DNA from: Podarcis bocagei
Lineage: Eukaryota
Assembly (NCBI GenBank): GCA_964188305.1
Contig: OZ076893.1
DNA: 64,000 bases
Strand: one strand, 5' to 3'
This document shows positions 26,701-37,805 of the stretch, piece after piece. Under the pieces are notes generated by a model. It was not told where the DNA came from and made no database searches. It saw only the letters and a list, made by a program, of their open reading frames with translations. How positions within the stretch are numbered: the stretch's first letter is position 1; every line of letters starts with the position of its first letter. A program made the translations under genes and the position numbers.

Positions 26701-28422
26701 CTGCAAAATGGCTTTAAAATTATACCATAAAGTCCACTATATGTCTTGTGTTCTTCCAGCGACTTGAAAACTAGCAGATTATTATTATAATTTAGGCTAT
26801 CTCTACACACACCATTCTAAATCCAAGACACAACAATAGAATTAAAATTCAGCCACCATACCAAAATCTTGAGTTGCATCACAGATAATAAATGCTAGGT
26901 CCAAACAATATCCACCAATTTCTCCTACAAAAGGGGTAAGCCAATCACTGTTTACACCTCAACAGCCCCCTTGGATTTAATGCAATCCACCAGGATAAGT
27001 AGCCACTGGCTTGCCTTCAGAGTTTGATTTATGGTTTTACACTTTAACAAATCCAAGCCAACTTTAGCCAGAACTTCTGCATAGGTGAGCATAGCTAGAA
27101 GAAAAGAGGAGCTGTCTCTTTAAGATACCATGCTCTGTCCCTGATCCCACGTGGAAACCAACATCAGCAGCACTTTCGCGTTTAGTTCTATGTGATGCAA
27201 GTTGAGGCATCATTTTTTAATAAACATGAGAAAATTGCAGAATACATTCTTCCCCGGAATACAAAATTGGTGAAAAAGCATGCTAAAGTAAGCCCCGGTT
27301 CTCCTCCAAAAGTGTAGTCTCACTATGTGTATTTTTCATTTTTTTTCTACGGCACGTTGCTTCCAGTCCATACTACTCTAACAGAAAGCACTTCACAGAC
27401 AGTGGACACAAACACCGGGATCCATAGGCAACGAAAAGGTACTCCATAAATCGGAAATATTTGCTCTTTTGCATTACATATCATAATTGGGTCGGGAGAA
27501 AAGCAATGCATAGGTATTACATTTCGCGCCACCTCCCCCCTTTCCCCCCACATGTGCCCCCCCAACAAACAAAGGGCACGAAAGCGAAGGTACAAAGTTG
27601 GCAAATGCAGCATTTATCTCCTGTGCAATCGCTCCTCGTTGCCCCAAAGTTGTGCAGCTCGTGCATTCCCACCTCCCACCACCATTCAAGGGAGAAAGGG
27701 GATTTTCACGTTCTCGCATTGTCGGGAACGAGCTGTAAAAGAGCTTTTGCCTTTCCAAAGCAGTCATCAACAACAAAAATAGGCATCAGTTTTAACTCCT
27801 TGCTCTCTGAGAGCTGAAACCCCGACGTGAGGGGACGCAGGGTTCAACCTGATCTCTTAGGGGAGAAATCGGGGGACGGAGACGATTTGGGGCATTTTTT
27901 AGGATTTTTTTGGGCTATTTTTTATTTTGTTATATGCCTCGGTTCTCCCTCCATTTTGGTTGTTTATGATACTGACAACAAGCTGTCCCTGCTCTCTCTC
28001 CAGATCTCTCCTGCTTCCAGTTAGAGACACCCCCCCACCTCCCCAATACAACCCACCCTCCAAACGCCTTCCCCAAACTCCTCTCTCGTACCCACGCAAG
28101 AAGGGAAAGAAAAGCCTCCGCGGCCGGTCCAAGTCAGGCGGGAGGCAATCTCGTCTCTTGATGGGGTGGGGGGGGGGGAAGGAGAGGAAAAAACTTTTGT
28201 CCAATAAAAAGCGGGAGGAGAAGGGCGCTGCACGCCCCAAAGCGACTCGGGAGCCCCCTAAAGCTTTGGCTGCGGGGTCCCCGCCGCCCCGTCCCGAGAG
28301 TGCAACCCGCCCGCGACATTTCTGCGCAAAATGTGGCCGCTTTGGTGCTACGGCTGAATTTATATTAATTTTCTCTCATTTTTTGGGCACCGCGGGCTCT
28401 TAATGTCTTCCGCTCCCTCCTC

Positions 28423-28450
28423 GCTGCTGCTGCTGCTGCTACTGCTGCTG
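28423..28450. repeat. (GCT)n trinucleotide repeat in PLAG1 intron 1
   Basis: (GCT)6 ACT (GCT)2. Confidence 0.9.
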
Positions 28451-28923
28451 TCACTATATTCAAAGCACAAGCTCCGGAGCTCGGGGGGGGGGGGGAGAGA
28501 TAGAGAAGAGAGAGACTCCGAGCGAGGAAAGCGAGGTTGGGGGGGCTGGGGGCTTCTCAAAAAAGTTTCTGCCTCCCCGTTTGTATAACAAGAAACAAGG
28601 GGGAAGAAGAAGGGGGGTGCGATCCTCTCAGTGAAAACCTCACTGAAGGAGTTGGGGGGGGGGAGCGGAGGAGAGGAGAAACGAAGTCCGAAAGCTGAGG
28701 AAAGCGAGGCTTTCTTTCGAGGGGCTGCTCCTGGGGACCCCCGCGAGAAGCGCGACGCAGCCCAGGAGTGCAAGGGAAGGAGATGAAGCCGCACAAACTT
28801 TCCCTCATCGCTGCCGCTCCGCTCTCCCCCCTTCTCCTCCTCCTCCCCCTTCAGAATTTAAATAACCCTAATATTTCCCTGCTGAACCCCGGCTCCTGAC
28901 CCCCAAACCCGCAGCAGACTCAC

Positions 28924-29100
28924 CGCGGGAGCCTCAGCATCCCCTCAGCGCCCTCTTCCCGCCTTTTACAGGGTTCTCCGATTTTTCTGTAATTTTTTCC
29001 CCATATTTCGGGCTGGACGCGGCGGGCCTGGAAATTGTTTGCTTTCCCCTCTTTCCAGCAGCCATTGTAGTGTATGCGCTGCGGTGCAGCTCAGCCTGCC
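28924..29100 (-). other. PLAG1: PLAG1 first exon (5' leader); TSS position approximate
   Basis: ACAATGGCTGCTGGAAAGAGG...TTTCCAGGCCCGCCGCGTCCAGCCCGAAATATG...CCCGCG|gtgagt with a consensus donor at 28922-28923, inside the CpG island; matches the recalled human exon 1. Confidence 0.85.
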
Positions 29101-29430
29101 GCACACGCCGCGCCCACACCGCCAGCCGCCCACACGCGCCGCGGGTTGGACACCTCCCCCTGTCACTCAGCCCTTTGGCCGCACCCTGGAGGCGGCCACT
29201 TCGGGGCTCGCGGCTCGCCCCGTTGGTAGGACGGGACGCCGCTCCGGGAAAGGAGAGGAGGAACCGCGCGCGGATTGGCCCGGCGGCGGCGGGCTCCGAG
29301 CTGTCTTTCAGAGCGCCTCGGCGAGAGCGATTGGGCGCCGGGCCTGTCAGTTTCGGCAGGGCTGCGGGGCAGTAACGGGGTAGGCTGCGCCGCTTATAAG
29401 GTGGCTGCCCAAGCCGCTGACGTCTTTCGA
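29100..29430. promoter_or_regulatory. Bidirectional PLAG1-CHCHD7 core promoter
   Basis: Lies between divergent first exons. ATTGG (CCAAT) boxes at 29274-29278 and 29330-29334, (CGG)4 at 29281-29292, palindromic TTATAA at 29394-29399, CRE-like TGACGTC at 29418-29424. Confidence 0.8.
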
Positions 29431-29481
29431 ATTGGAAGCGAGTCCCGAGCCCGCGAGTCGGTTTCCCTCACGGCGGCTGAG
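29425..29481 (+). other. CHCHD7: CHCHD7 non-coding first exon (start approximate)
   Basis: Ends in a consensus donor GAG|gtgagt at 29482; downstream of the TATA-like and CRE-like motifs. Confidence 0.7.
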
Positions 29482-29722
29482 GTGAGTGTCGCCTTCCGAG
29501 GAGCCGCCTGGTCGCCGGGCGCCTGGTCCGGCCTCGCTGTCAGCGCCAACCTCCCGCCCGCTTTGAAGGGCAGCGACAACGTCCCGCCCGCTCCCTCCGG
29601 CGCCTGGCTTCGTTGCCGGGCGTGCGAGGCGGGAACGGAGCGCGGCGTCAGGCCCCGCGGCACCACGCGGAGCAGCCCCCGAGAGCTGGCGCTAGGCTAG
29701 AGGCTTGTGGAGGGCGGGCCGG

Positions 29723-29740
29723 GGCGGCGGCGGCGGCGGC
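29723..29740. repeat. (GGC)6 repeat in CHCHD7 intron 1
   Basis: ggcggcggcggcggcggc. Confidence 0.85.
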
Positions 29741-30365
29741 TGCAGGCCCGTGCAAGGCGCCCGTGGGTGCGCCCAGGTGCGCCTCCTGAGACTGCTCCGC
29801 CCATCGCTGCCCTTTCTGTGGCTGGGCCAGGAAGCGCTTCCTTCTCCTTTTTGCCCTCGGTGGCTCCCGACATGGCAGCTGAAGTGGGTGCGCGGGTGTG
29901 GGTGTGTAAGAGACATGCGGCATGTTGTAGCTCCCATCCCTTATAGCTGCTGCTCCAGGGCTCGGGGTGGGTTGGGCGCTGCAGCATCCACACCCTCCAG
30001 CCCATCCGCCGGGTGAGACTGGAACTAAAGAGATAAGGGTGGGGAGCTTCGACGTCAAATCTAAAGCGGTTTTGCTCCCCCGCCCCGCCCCGCCCCGCCC
30101 CTTCATTCATTCATTTATTTTTCTTTTTGCATCTTATGTTGCATCGACTCTTTTCTGTTCCAACTCTGGCATCTGTAGAGACTGCCTTGAGTTCTACTGT
30201 TTCAGTAAATGGTAGGGAAAGCAGCTTTGCTGAGCCTGTGGGCCTCCATGAAAGCACTTGGTTGGAAAGGGACAGTACTTAGACTGGAGGGGGGGATCCT
30301 CCAGATTGGCAGTCTTATTTTATATGTATTCTGCAGCATGATGTTGATACAACAATAGTGCATTA

Positions 30366-30636
30366 AGGTAAAGGGACCCCTGACCATTAGGTCCAGTCGC
30401 AGACCTTGCTTTATTGGCCAAGGGAGCCGGCATACAGCTTCCGGGTCATGTGGCCGGCATGACTAAGTCGCTTCTGGTGAAACCAGAGCACCTCATGCAA
30501 ACGCCGTGTACCTTCCCACCTGAGCGGTACCTATTTATCTACTTGCACTTTGATGTGCTTTTGAACTGCTAGGTTGACAGGAGCTGGGACCTTCTGATCG
30601 GCAAGCCCTAGCCCACAGCACCACCCGCATCCCGGT
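30366..30636 (-). mobile_element. Sauria SINE with 12-bp TSD
   Basis: aggtaaagggacccctgacc...tacctatttatctacttgcac...ccacagcaccacccgcatccc; TSD AATAGTGCATTA at 30354-30365 and 30637-30648. Confidence 0.9.
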
Positions 30637-33600
30637 AATAGTGCATTAGTGATAGCTTTATTCTGTGATGCTTCTCCAATGCTACTGTATTATTGTTGTC
30701 CAGAGGGGTTATTATAGTGCAACAACAGCAACCCAAATTTTGAATAAATGTTTTAATTGTTAGTGTCTTGGATTTTATTGTGTTAATTCTTCTTCTTAGT
30801 GGGTTGTGAAAAGTGCTATTCTGAACAAATTTTTTGTAGGGCAGAGGGCACTGTGAATGAGGTTAAGAACCAAGAGAGTGGATTCCCAAAAAATTTGGGA
30901 ACCACTGTTCTAGATGAACATCTAGGCTACTTAAGCTATCGGTACCTTGGGTTGTGTGTAGCCTTTCACTTTCAGGAAACAATCTGATTGGTGTTAAAGT
31001 GTGGCAAGTTCTTTTCTCCAACCTTCTATATAAGACAAACCTGTCAAAACCACATTGAGTTTTTTTTTTAATTGACATGGTTTTGTACTTAGCACATTAT
31101 TTTTAGGCTTTCCCCCATCCTTATGAGAGACAGGGACCTTCATTGTAATCTAGAAGAACTTGGGACAGTTATCCAACAGTTGAAAAAGTTGCTTGTGAGA
31201 GAGAACTAGACAGATAGCATCATTTTGATGCAATGGTAAACTAGAGTTTCACACTCTAGGAATGAGCCTTTGCCAGCTTTGGACTTAAGCACACTCCCAT
31301 CTGTTCTCTTCTCCATTGCAGCCACAAGGAAGAGATCAAAAGCATTTGCTTCCTGTCATAAACTAACCAAGATTTGTCAGTATGCACTGGGATACACTGG
31401 GATTCATTTTAACTTCAAATTGAGGCTTTACAATCCTGGCTTGTTTGGATTTGGATAGAACACAGTTAAAACTAGCTTCAGTTCTTTGTATGGATATAAC
31501 AATGCACAGCAGTTGAAAATGAAAGCAAATTCTTCTGAACTGGGTGAGATACAACTCTGAGGCTCATCAAGGTCTGTTTCCATAGCACAGAACTATGGTT
31601 TAGGCCTTTCATCCAAATAAGGGCAGGGTCATGTACCTTGCCCCTTCTGTGGGAAAACTGCAATTTATTGGGATTTGAAACTGGATTTCAAGTGCTAGTT
31701 TAAGAGCTGCCTTTTGAGGGATGCAGTTTTCAATTTAGAGGTGTGGCTGGCAGATGTTTTAGCTGAAAAGAGGAACTTGCTGAATGACTACTTTAGGGAG
31801 CTGGTATAGTAGAGGATCCACTCCTCATTCCTAAAGTGTGCCAAGAGGGATAGGACTATATGTAGTGTTTAGCCTCCATAGACAAGGTTATCCAGTTGAG
31901 GAAGCTGTTTAATCTTTTGTGATGACTGCACAAAAAAGCCTTGTGGGTTCCAAAGCTTTCATCTTTACTGATAATACTCTACTAATAATTATATTTAATG
32001 ACTGCCACCTGAGAGAAGCAAAAAATATTTAGGTGTTTCAAAACAAAAAAGACCTGAGGTGTAGAACAAATGTAAGAACAAATATATGTTGTCAGCACAT
32101 TAGTATGAATGGCTGTGTTAAGAATTTAAATTAAAATGCTTAAGGAATTGTAAGAAGGTAGCTTTGTTCCCATATATCTAGACTTGCATGCTTTTAAAAA
32201 ATGAAACCAAAGCTTTGAAGGTGAACCAGGGTTAGAGAGCACCATTGATGGGAAAGTGGTTTACAAATTTAACAAATATTCAGATTAGCTGGTGAACAAT
32301 GTATATATTTTAACCAAAAGTTTGGAATTGTACTCATCAGAATACAAGCCTCCTTGGATGTGTGACTTGGTCTAGTCATACTGGCCAAAAAAATAAATCT
32401 AAATTCTCTCTGCGACCGTACTGTTTCTTGGATGCCTTGCAGATGTTAGTAGTATCTTGCCAATATTATTTCTGGTAAGATTATAAAAGTAAGCAGGTTT
32501 TTAAAAGTGCTGCTCAGAGTGTTTTATGAAAGTGTATTTAGTTCTCTCATAAAGCATACCAAGTCATGTATTTTTAGATGATGCTGTGATAATGATGGGA
32601 AAATCTGAAGTGATGATGTATTGTAAAATATGCTGCTGGCACCTAGAATCTGAAGTATTCTTCCTTTTTTCTAAAACATGATTTTTATTAAATATTTTCC
32701 ATAATACAATAAAATAGCAGCTACAAAAGATACAAATAGCACAAATAAAATACAGAGTCCTCTCTTCAAAGTAATTCTTAGCTCTTACCACTCACAGAAG
32801 CTCCTCCCAGCTCTTGTCTAGGATCTTTGCTTTCTCCTCCCAGCCTCTTGCTCTGAGAGACCAACATTTTTCTTATTTGAAGTATTCTTCCAGCTCTACT
32901 TTGAGGAATCATTTCTAGCCAAACTGAAGCCTACATGTTTCTAATTACAAATATCTACATTCTCTTCAAATAATTGTTTGATCTTACGTTAGTAATATGT
33001 TTGGGGCAGGGGTAAGGAGCCTATGACCCTCCTGATGTTTCTGAACTACATTTTCAAATCTCACTGGTTTTCCACTGAATGCAGTAAAGAGAAATGTGAA
33101 ATCTATGAGAAATAAGAGGAATGAATCTTCTGTTATATCAAAATCTTGCCACCATATTGCGGGAGGGATATGGTTTGCACTCTCCCTGATTACATTTTTT
33201 AAGAATTTGAAAGCACTTTTCTTACATAAGTCCTAAAAGTATTGCTCATTCAGTACAGCATCACAGTCATAATTTTCATAAAGACATGGTTTGTAAAAAC
33301 TTGTGTTGGGTCACATACCAGCTGCAAGGGGCCACCAAGTAAGGATATCGTTCAGACCATGGCTTTAAGCTGGTTAACTTAAGAAACCACAGTTCTAGCA
33401 CAGTTACAGTTGTTGCTCCATCTCAAGAAGCTGTTAGACATTGAAGATTGGAATGAATTTATGAATGCTAAGCAGATGGAAAATGAAAGCAGACTGACAG
33501 CTTTAAACTATGGTTATGAATCTTAATCCTATAAATTCTAACAAGAAAGTAAAAATAGTGGATTTCCTATTGTACATTTGTAAGTGCAAGCCATGGTTAG

Positions 33601-34216
33601 CACAAAACATGTGATAACATATCTGCATTGAGCCAGGAACAGCACTTTAATCTCTAGCCTTACTATTGTTAAATTATAAGAGATTTGCAGAAGTATGAAT
33701 TGACTGTGAAACAGTATTTTAAAACATTGATTTAAAGCATTAATTCAACTTACTGAAAGACAAAATAATTAATAATGGACTATTCAGTTCTGCTTTCTAA
33801 TTTTTCAGTTTCAAACCATGGAAAAATGGGATTTCTCCTCAGTTTGAGAGTACCCTCATAACTCTACATAGAGGTGACTTGGCTGGAACTTGTATTTTCC
33901 TGCTCACCTTAGCAACCCATTTAGCTGCTAGCATTGGTCTGCATTAACACATAGGATGGCTTTTGGAAATTTGATCTCTGGATTAAATCTATAGTTTTGG
34001 TGGTGGTATATGAAGAGAATATTCAAATGTTAAATTTTGGGGTGAGAACCTATCTATGTTCTTCCCCCCACCCGCAAAAAAGTACTGCTGATAATATGCA
34101 CCGGTCCTTGGAAAATGCCTTAAATCCTAATTAAGAGAGAGCCTGTTTTGCTTTTTAAAACCTCCTCCTTTCTTCTAGGTGTTCTCTTTAAAGTACCACC
34201 ACAAACCAATATCTTT

Positions 34217-34270
34217 ATGCCTAGAAAACTGCAACGTCTTCGAGATCATGACATAAATCCCTGCCTTGTG
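34217..34270 (+). CDS. CHCHD7: CHCHD7 coding exon 1 (exon likely starts at 34179)
   Basis: MPRKLQRLRDHDINPCLV|gtaaga; acceptor ctttcttctag before 34179. Confidence 0.95.
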
Positions 34271-35577
34271 GTAAGAATGTGAATTGTAGTAAACAGATTC
34301 TTTTTGTTAGTATTATTATGTAGTTTGAAGCTTGCAAGTTATTTCAGTTGGCTATACACTATTAGGCATTTTAAAACATTGGAATAGTTTTTGTATTCTT
34401 GTAAAGTTCCATAAATAGAACCAATTTGTTGCCATCTGTCAAAAATGCAAATGTACACCAGGATGCCTTCTTAAGTACAAACTAGTACAGAATTGTTTGT
34501 CACTATAAATATTTTCCTTTTCATTAATAAGGTATTTAAAAGTTGTTATCAAAAATACCAGCCAGCTGGAGAACAAAGGATACATACATAAAGAATCAAG
34601 ATTTTTGTTTTTGTTCAAGCCACACAGACAGTCTTGATATTTTTCTGTCTTGTAGTTTGAGGTACTGATTTCATCTGACAACACTGAATCATTAAATAGT
34701 TCACCAGAGAATAGGAATTATTGTATTTAACAACTACATATGTCCTAATTGTACATTTCTGCGACAAGTCAAAGGGAGAAAGAAAGGTAATCACATCTGT
34801 GGTCCTTAAAAAACCGCACCCCAAACACCTATTAGTCCTAGGAAGGAACATAGTGATCCTTCATCATTCATTGCAAATGAGTGAAACAGAGCCATTTTTC
34901 TCCTACCCCACATTCTGTACTTTTTTCTTTGTTTTGTACAGTTGTTTTCTACAAACTTTAATGTGAGGAATAGGATCCCATTAAATGATATAATCAGTTA
35001 GTTTTATGCATTCTTAGTATTATCTGGTCTGAAATACAGAATGATTTGATTTCTTGTGTGCCTGGTAGGCAGATTGGATGATCCCCTGGGTTAATAAGTT
35101 TTGGTGGTTGTTTTTTAAAAAAACAACCATCACTCTTGCATTTGCGCATTAGTTGAAATGTATTTCTTGGCACAGATTGTTGGGGTTTTTCCATTTGGGA
35201 AGTAACTTAGAGGCATCCTGACTGCTGTTAATGACCTTCATCTAGATGGCTGAGCACCAATTTATTTGAACTTAAAACTGCAAAGCAGTTGAGAGTCCTT
35301 TCTTCATAAGCTTCTCAATTTCAGGGTAATCCTAATGGGCATTTCTCTCTTAGGTACTCAGTGTAGCATGACTTGCTTTCTTCTAAATATGCTTAGGGTT
35401 GCAGTTTTGAACCAATCTTCTGATGAAGCAAAATAAGTACCACTTTGTTCGTACATACAGAATTTCAGCTTTGTTGTTCAGCAGCATTTCAACTAGTATG
35501 TGTGGCATTTAAAACATGTGGGAAGTTAATATTTGTCCCCTATTGGCTTTTTAAGTGTATCTTGTTTCATATTCAAG

Positions 35578-35676
35578 GAAGCAGATGCCTCTAGCAAATG
35601 TATGGATAAGAATAACTACAATAGAGATGCATGCACCCTGTACTTTTTAAAATACAAGAGCTGCAAAAAGTTTTGG
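35578..35676 (+). CDS. CHCHD7: CHCHD7 coding exon 2
   Basis: ttcaag|[33 protein letters not shown]|gtaagt; completes the twin CX9C motif (C16-C26, C37-C47). Confidence 0.97.
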
Positions 35677-36741
35677 GTAAGTAGGCTACTCACATTGTAA
35701 TCATAATGTTTGTGGTTATCCGTGGTATTTTTTATATCTGAACTTGCAAGATCATGGAAATGGGTTTAGCACTTTAATTAGCCATTGATCCTGGAAAAGC
35801 TGGCAATTTTAACGAGGCAAGGTATTTTAAACACAATTATGATGATGATACTCACATAATCCAATTTCTAGAATTTAGATGCAGACCCCAGTCCCAATAA
35901 GAGTGCAAGAGTTTTTGGGGGTTGCCTTACCCTAGGCCTCCAGGAGCATATGCTTTTGCAGCCAACTTGAGAAATAGATCAAAACTAGATAGCATTGACT
36001 TCATGTGAGACAGTGGACTCACAAAGTAGAGCTAGCCAGATGCTGTTATTCATTACAGCAACAACACTATTTCCATCTTTGCCCAGGTAGTAGCTCCTCA
36101 AGCTGACATCCTTGCTAAAGCTGCTAGCACTTCTCTAGCTCTTCCTTGGTAGTAAACTAAATGCCCATGTATGGCTAAAGAGGGAAGGTTAAGGCACAGT
36201 GCTCTCCAGGCAGTTCTAGGAAGTCAAACAGTCCAGTTCAGATTTGTGCAAGAAATCATTTCAGGACCACGTTGCATTTCCAAACTGCTTGATCGTTGCT
36301 AGTGTGGATCATTAACAGTTCACTTGATTGAATTTCACTTTAGATATCTGATACCATTCTCCTTTAACCTGCTTCGCTTTGAATCAGTCTTTGCCATCTT
36401 AATGGGCATAGCTATGCAGGAAGTTCACGTCTATTTTGAGTTAACATGACTTCTCCAACTTTAGACTAATTAAACGGAATATTTTTAGCAGAGAAAATGC
36501 TGCTTTTAAATTAGCAAATACATTGTATTTTATGTGCAAACTGGTTTTAGTAGGTTGTACCCTTGTTTTGCAGCATAGTCAATTCTTGTAACCCAGTGTC
36601 TTGAAACAAGTAGGGGAAACTTGCCAATATATCAACTTTGAAGACAGCTAGACTTCCAGTTATCTAAATATTTAAAATACTTATTTTGCTAATAATGAAG
36701 ATAATTTAATTCACTGCCACACTGATTCTCTGTATTTCTAG

Positions 36742-36846
36742 AATGGGATCGTGATGCAGAGAAGAAAAGATGGAATCAAACCAGATATGCCTACAGCAGA
36801 AGAGAGAGAGAAGATCCTGGCATCAATTGGAAGAATACCGTACTGA
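36742..36846 (+). CDS. CHCHD7: CHCHD7 last coding exon; total protein 85 aa (COX23-like mitochondrial intermembrane-space protein)
   Basis: tatttctag|NGIVMQRRKDGIKPDMPTAEEREKILASIGRIPY*. Confidence 0.97.
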   Translation, partial: NGIVMQRRKDGIKPDMPTAEEREKILASIGRIPY

Positions 36847-37079
36847 TTGTGCAGTGTTACAGTGGTGGTGTTGTAAGCAAGGCATTCTGCAAAGAATGTT
36901 GAAAAACACTTTTAGACTAGGTGGCTATTGTTGCCACCTTAAACACCTTTGTACAATACCCTTCTGAACAATAATTTAGGGTATTGCCTCTATAAGCTGG
37001 TTTTTATTGAAAGCAGAAACCTAAAGCCTTGATGACTATCGGAAAGTAACTTACATGGCATGTAGGAGAAACATTTAGT

Positions 37080-37198
37080 AATAAATCAGCCTTTGTAATG
37101 ATGAAACTATGGTTTTTATTTTTTATGCTATTAAAAGCAAAAAGGTGAATCTCATAAGATTACAAACAGTGGCAAATAAGAATTTAATTTGAAATAAA
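37080..37198 (+). terminator. Candidate CHCHD7 polyadenylation signals
   Basis: AATAAA at 37080-37085 and 37193-37198, ATTAAA near 37130. Confidence 0.5.
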
Positions 37199-37709
37199 AA
37201 GCCTAGGTTATACCATATTAGGAGAAAGAGTGAATATTGTTCTGAAAGAAGGAGAACCACTTTTAGTTAGATTTGCTTTACATAATTGGGGGATTCTCTA
37301 ATTTGTCTATAGTAAATCAGTTTTGCATTTCTATCAATATTGCACGTCCTGAAAAATGAAACACTTAATTGGTGTTATGCTATTCTTCAGTTCAATACTA
37401 TATTCTCACCACAGTAACAGATCTAGTTACAACTTCAGTATCTCCTTTCACCACAGATTGATTCAAATATAGAAAAGTCATACCCAGTAGTATAGCAACT
37501 GGGTCTTCTGATAAACTATCACAGAACTTCCTATAAACCAACACTATTTCCCACCAATTATTACATCACAATTCTGGAATTGTGTAGAAGTTGAGGTACA
37601 ATTCAGCATATCTCAAACTGTCATCGGTTTGCAAATTATAACTAATTTTCAGCCTCTGTTGAGTTGGGAACCACTTGTGATGCATCTTTAGCATGTTTCC
37701 TACTGAGTT

Positions 37710-37805
37710 CATAGAACCATAGAATTGTAGAGTTGGAAGGAACCCCAATTCCTTCAGTGCAGGAATCTCAACTGAAGCATTCATGATAGGTGGCCATCCA
37801 GCCAG
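37710..37805 (-). mobile_element. Squam3-like SINE/CR1 3' fragment
   Basis: catagaaccatagaattgtagagttggaaggaaccc. Confidence 0.5.

Larger units (their letters stand above)
27800..30100. promoter_or_regulatory. CpG island spanning the PLAG1/CHCHD7 head-to-head first exons
   Basis: Sharp rise in GC and CpG density against AT-rich flanks. Confidence 0.9.

Noticed and set aside
28385-28410. Minus-strand GACATTAAGAGCCCGCG|gtgccc resembling the PLAG1 exon 1 end (alternative first exon?)
   Set aside because: Weak donor and short similarity; no support without transcripts.
6203-28923. Equivalent of human PLAG1 non-coding exon 2
   Set aside because: No matching sequence recognised by eye; it may be absent or diverged.
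29700-29714. PLAG1-like binding motif GAGGC-N6-AGGG (autoregulation)
   Set aside because: Degenerate motif expected by chance in a CpG island.
27927-30110. Many long overlapping ORFs (100-158 aa) in the CpG island
   Set aside because: Low-complexity Pro/Arg/Gly/Ala translations expected from stop-poor GC-rich DNA; no recognisable domain.
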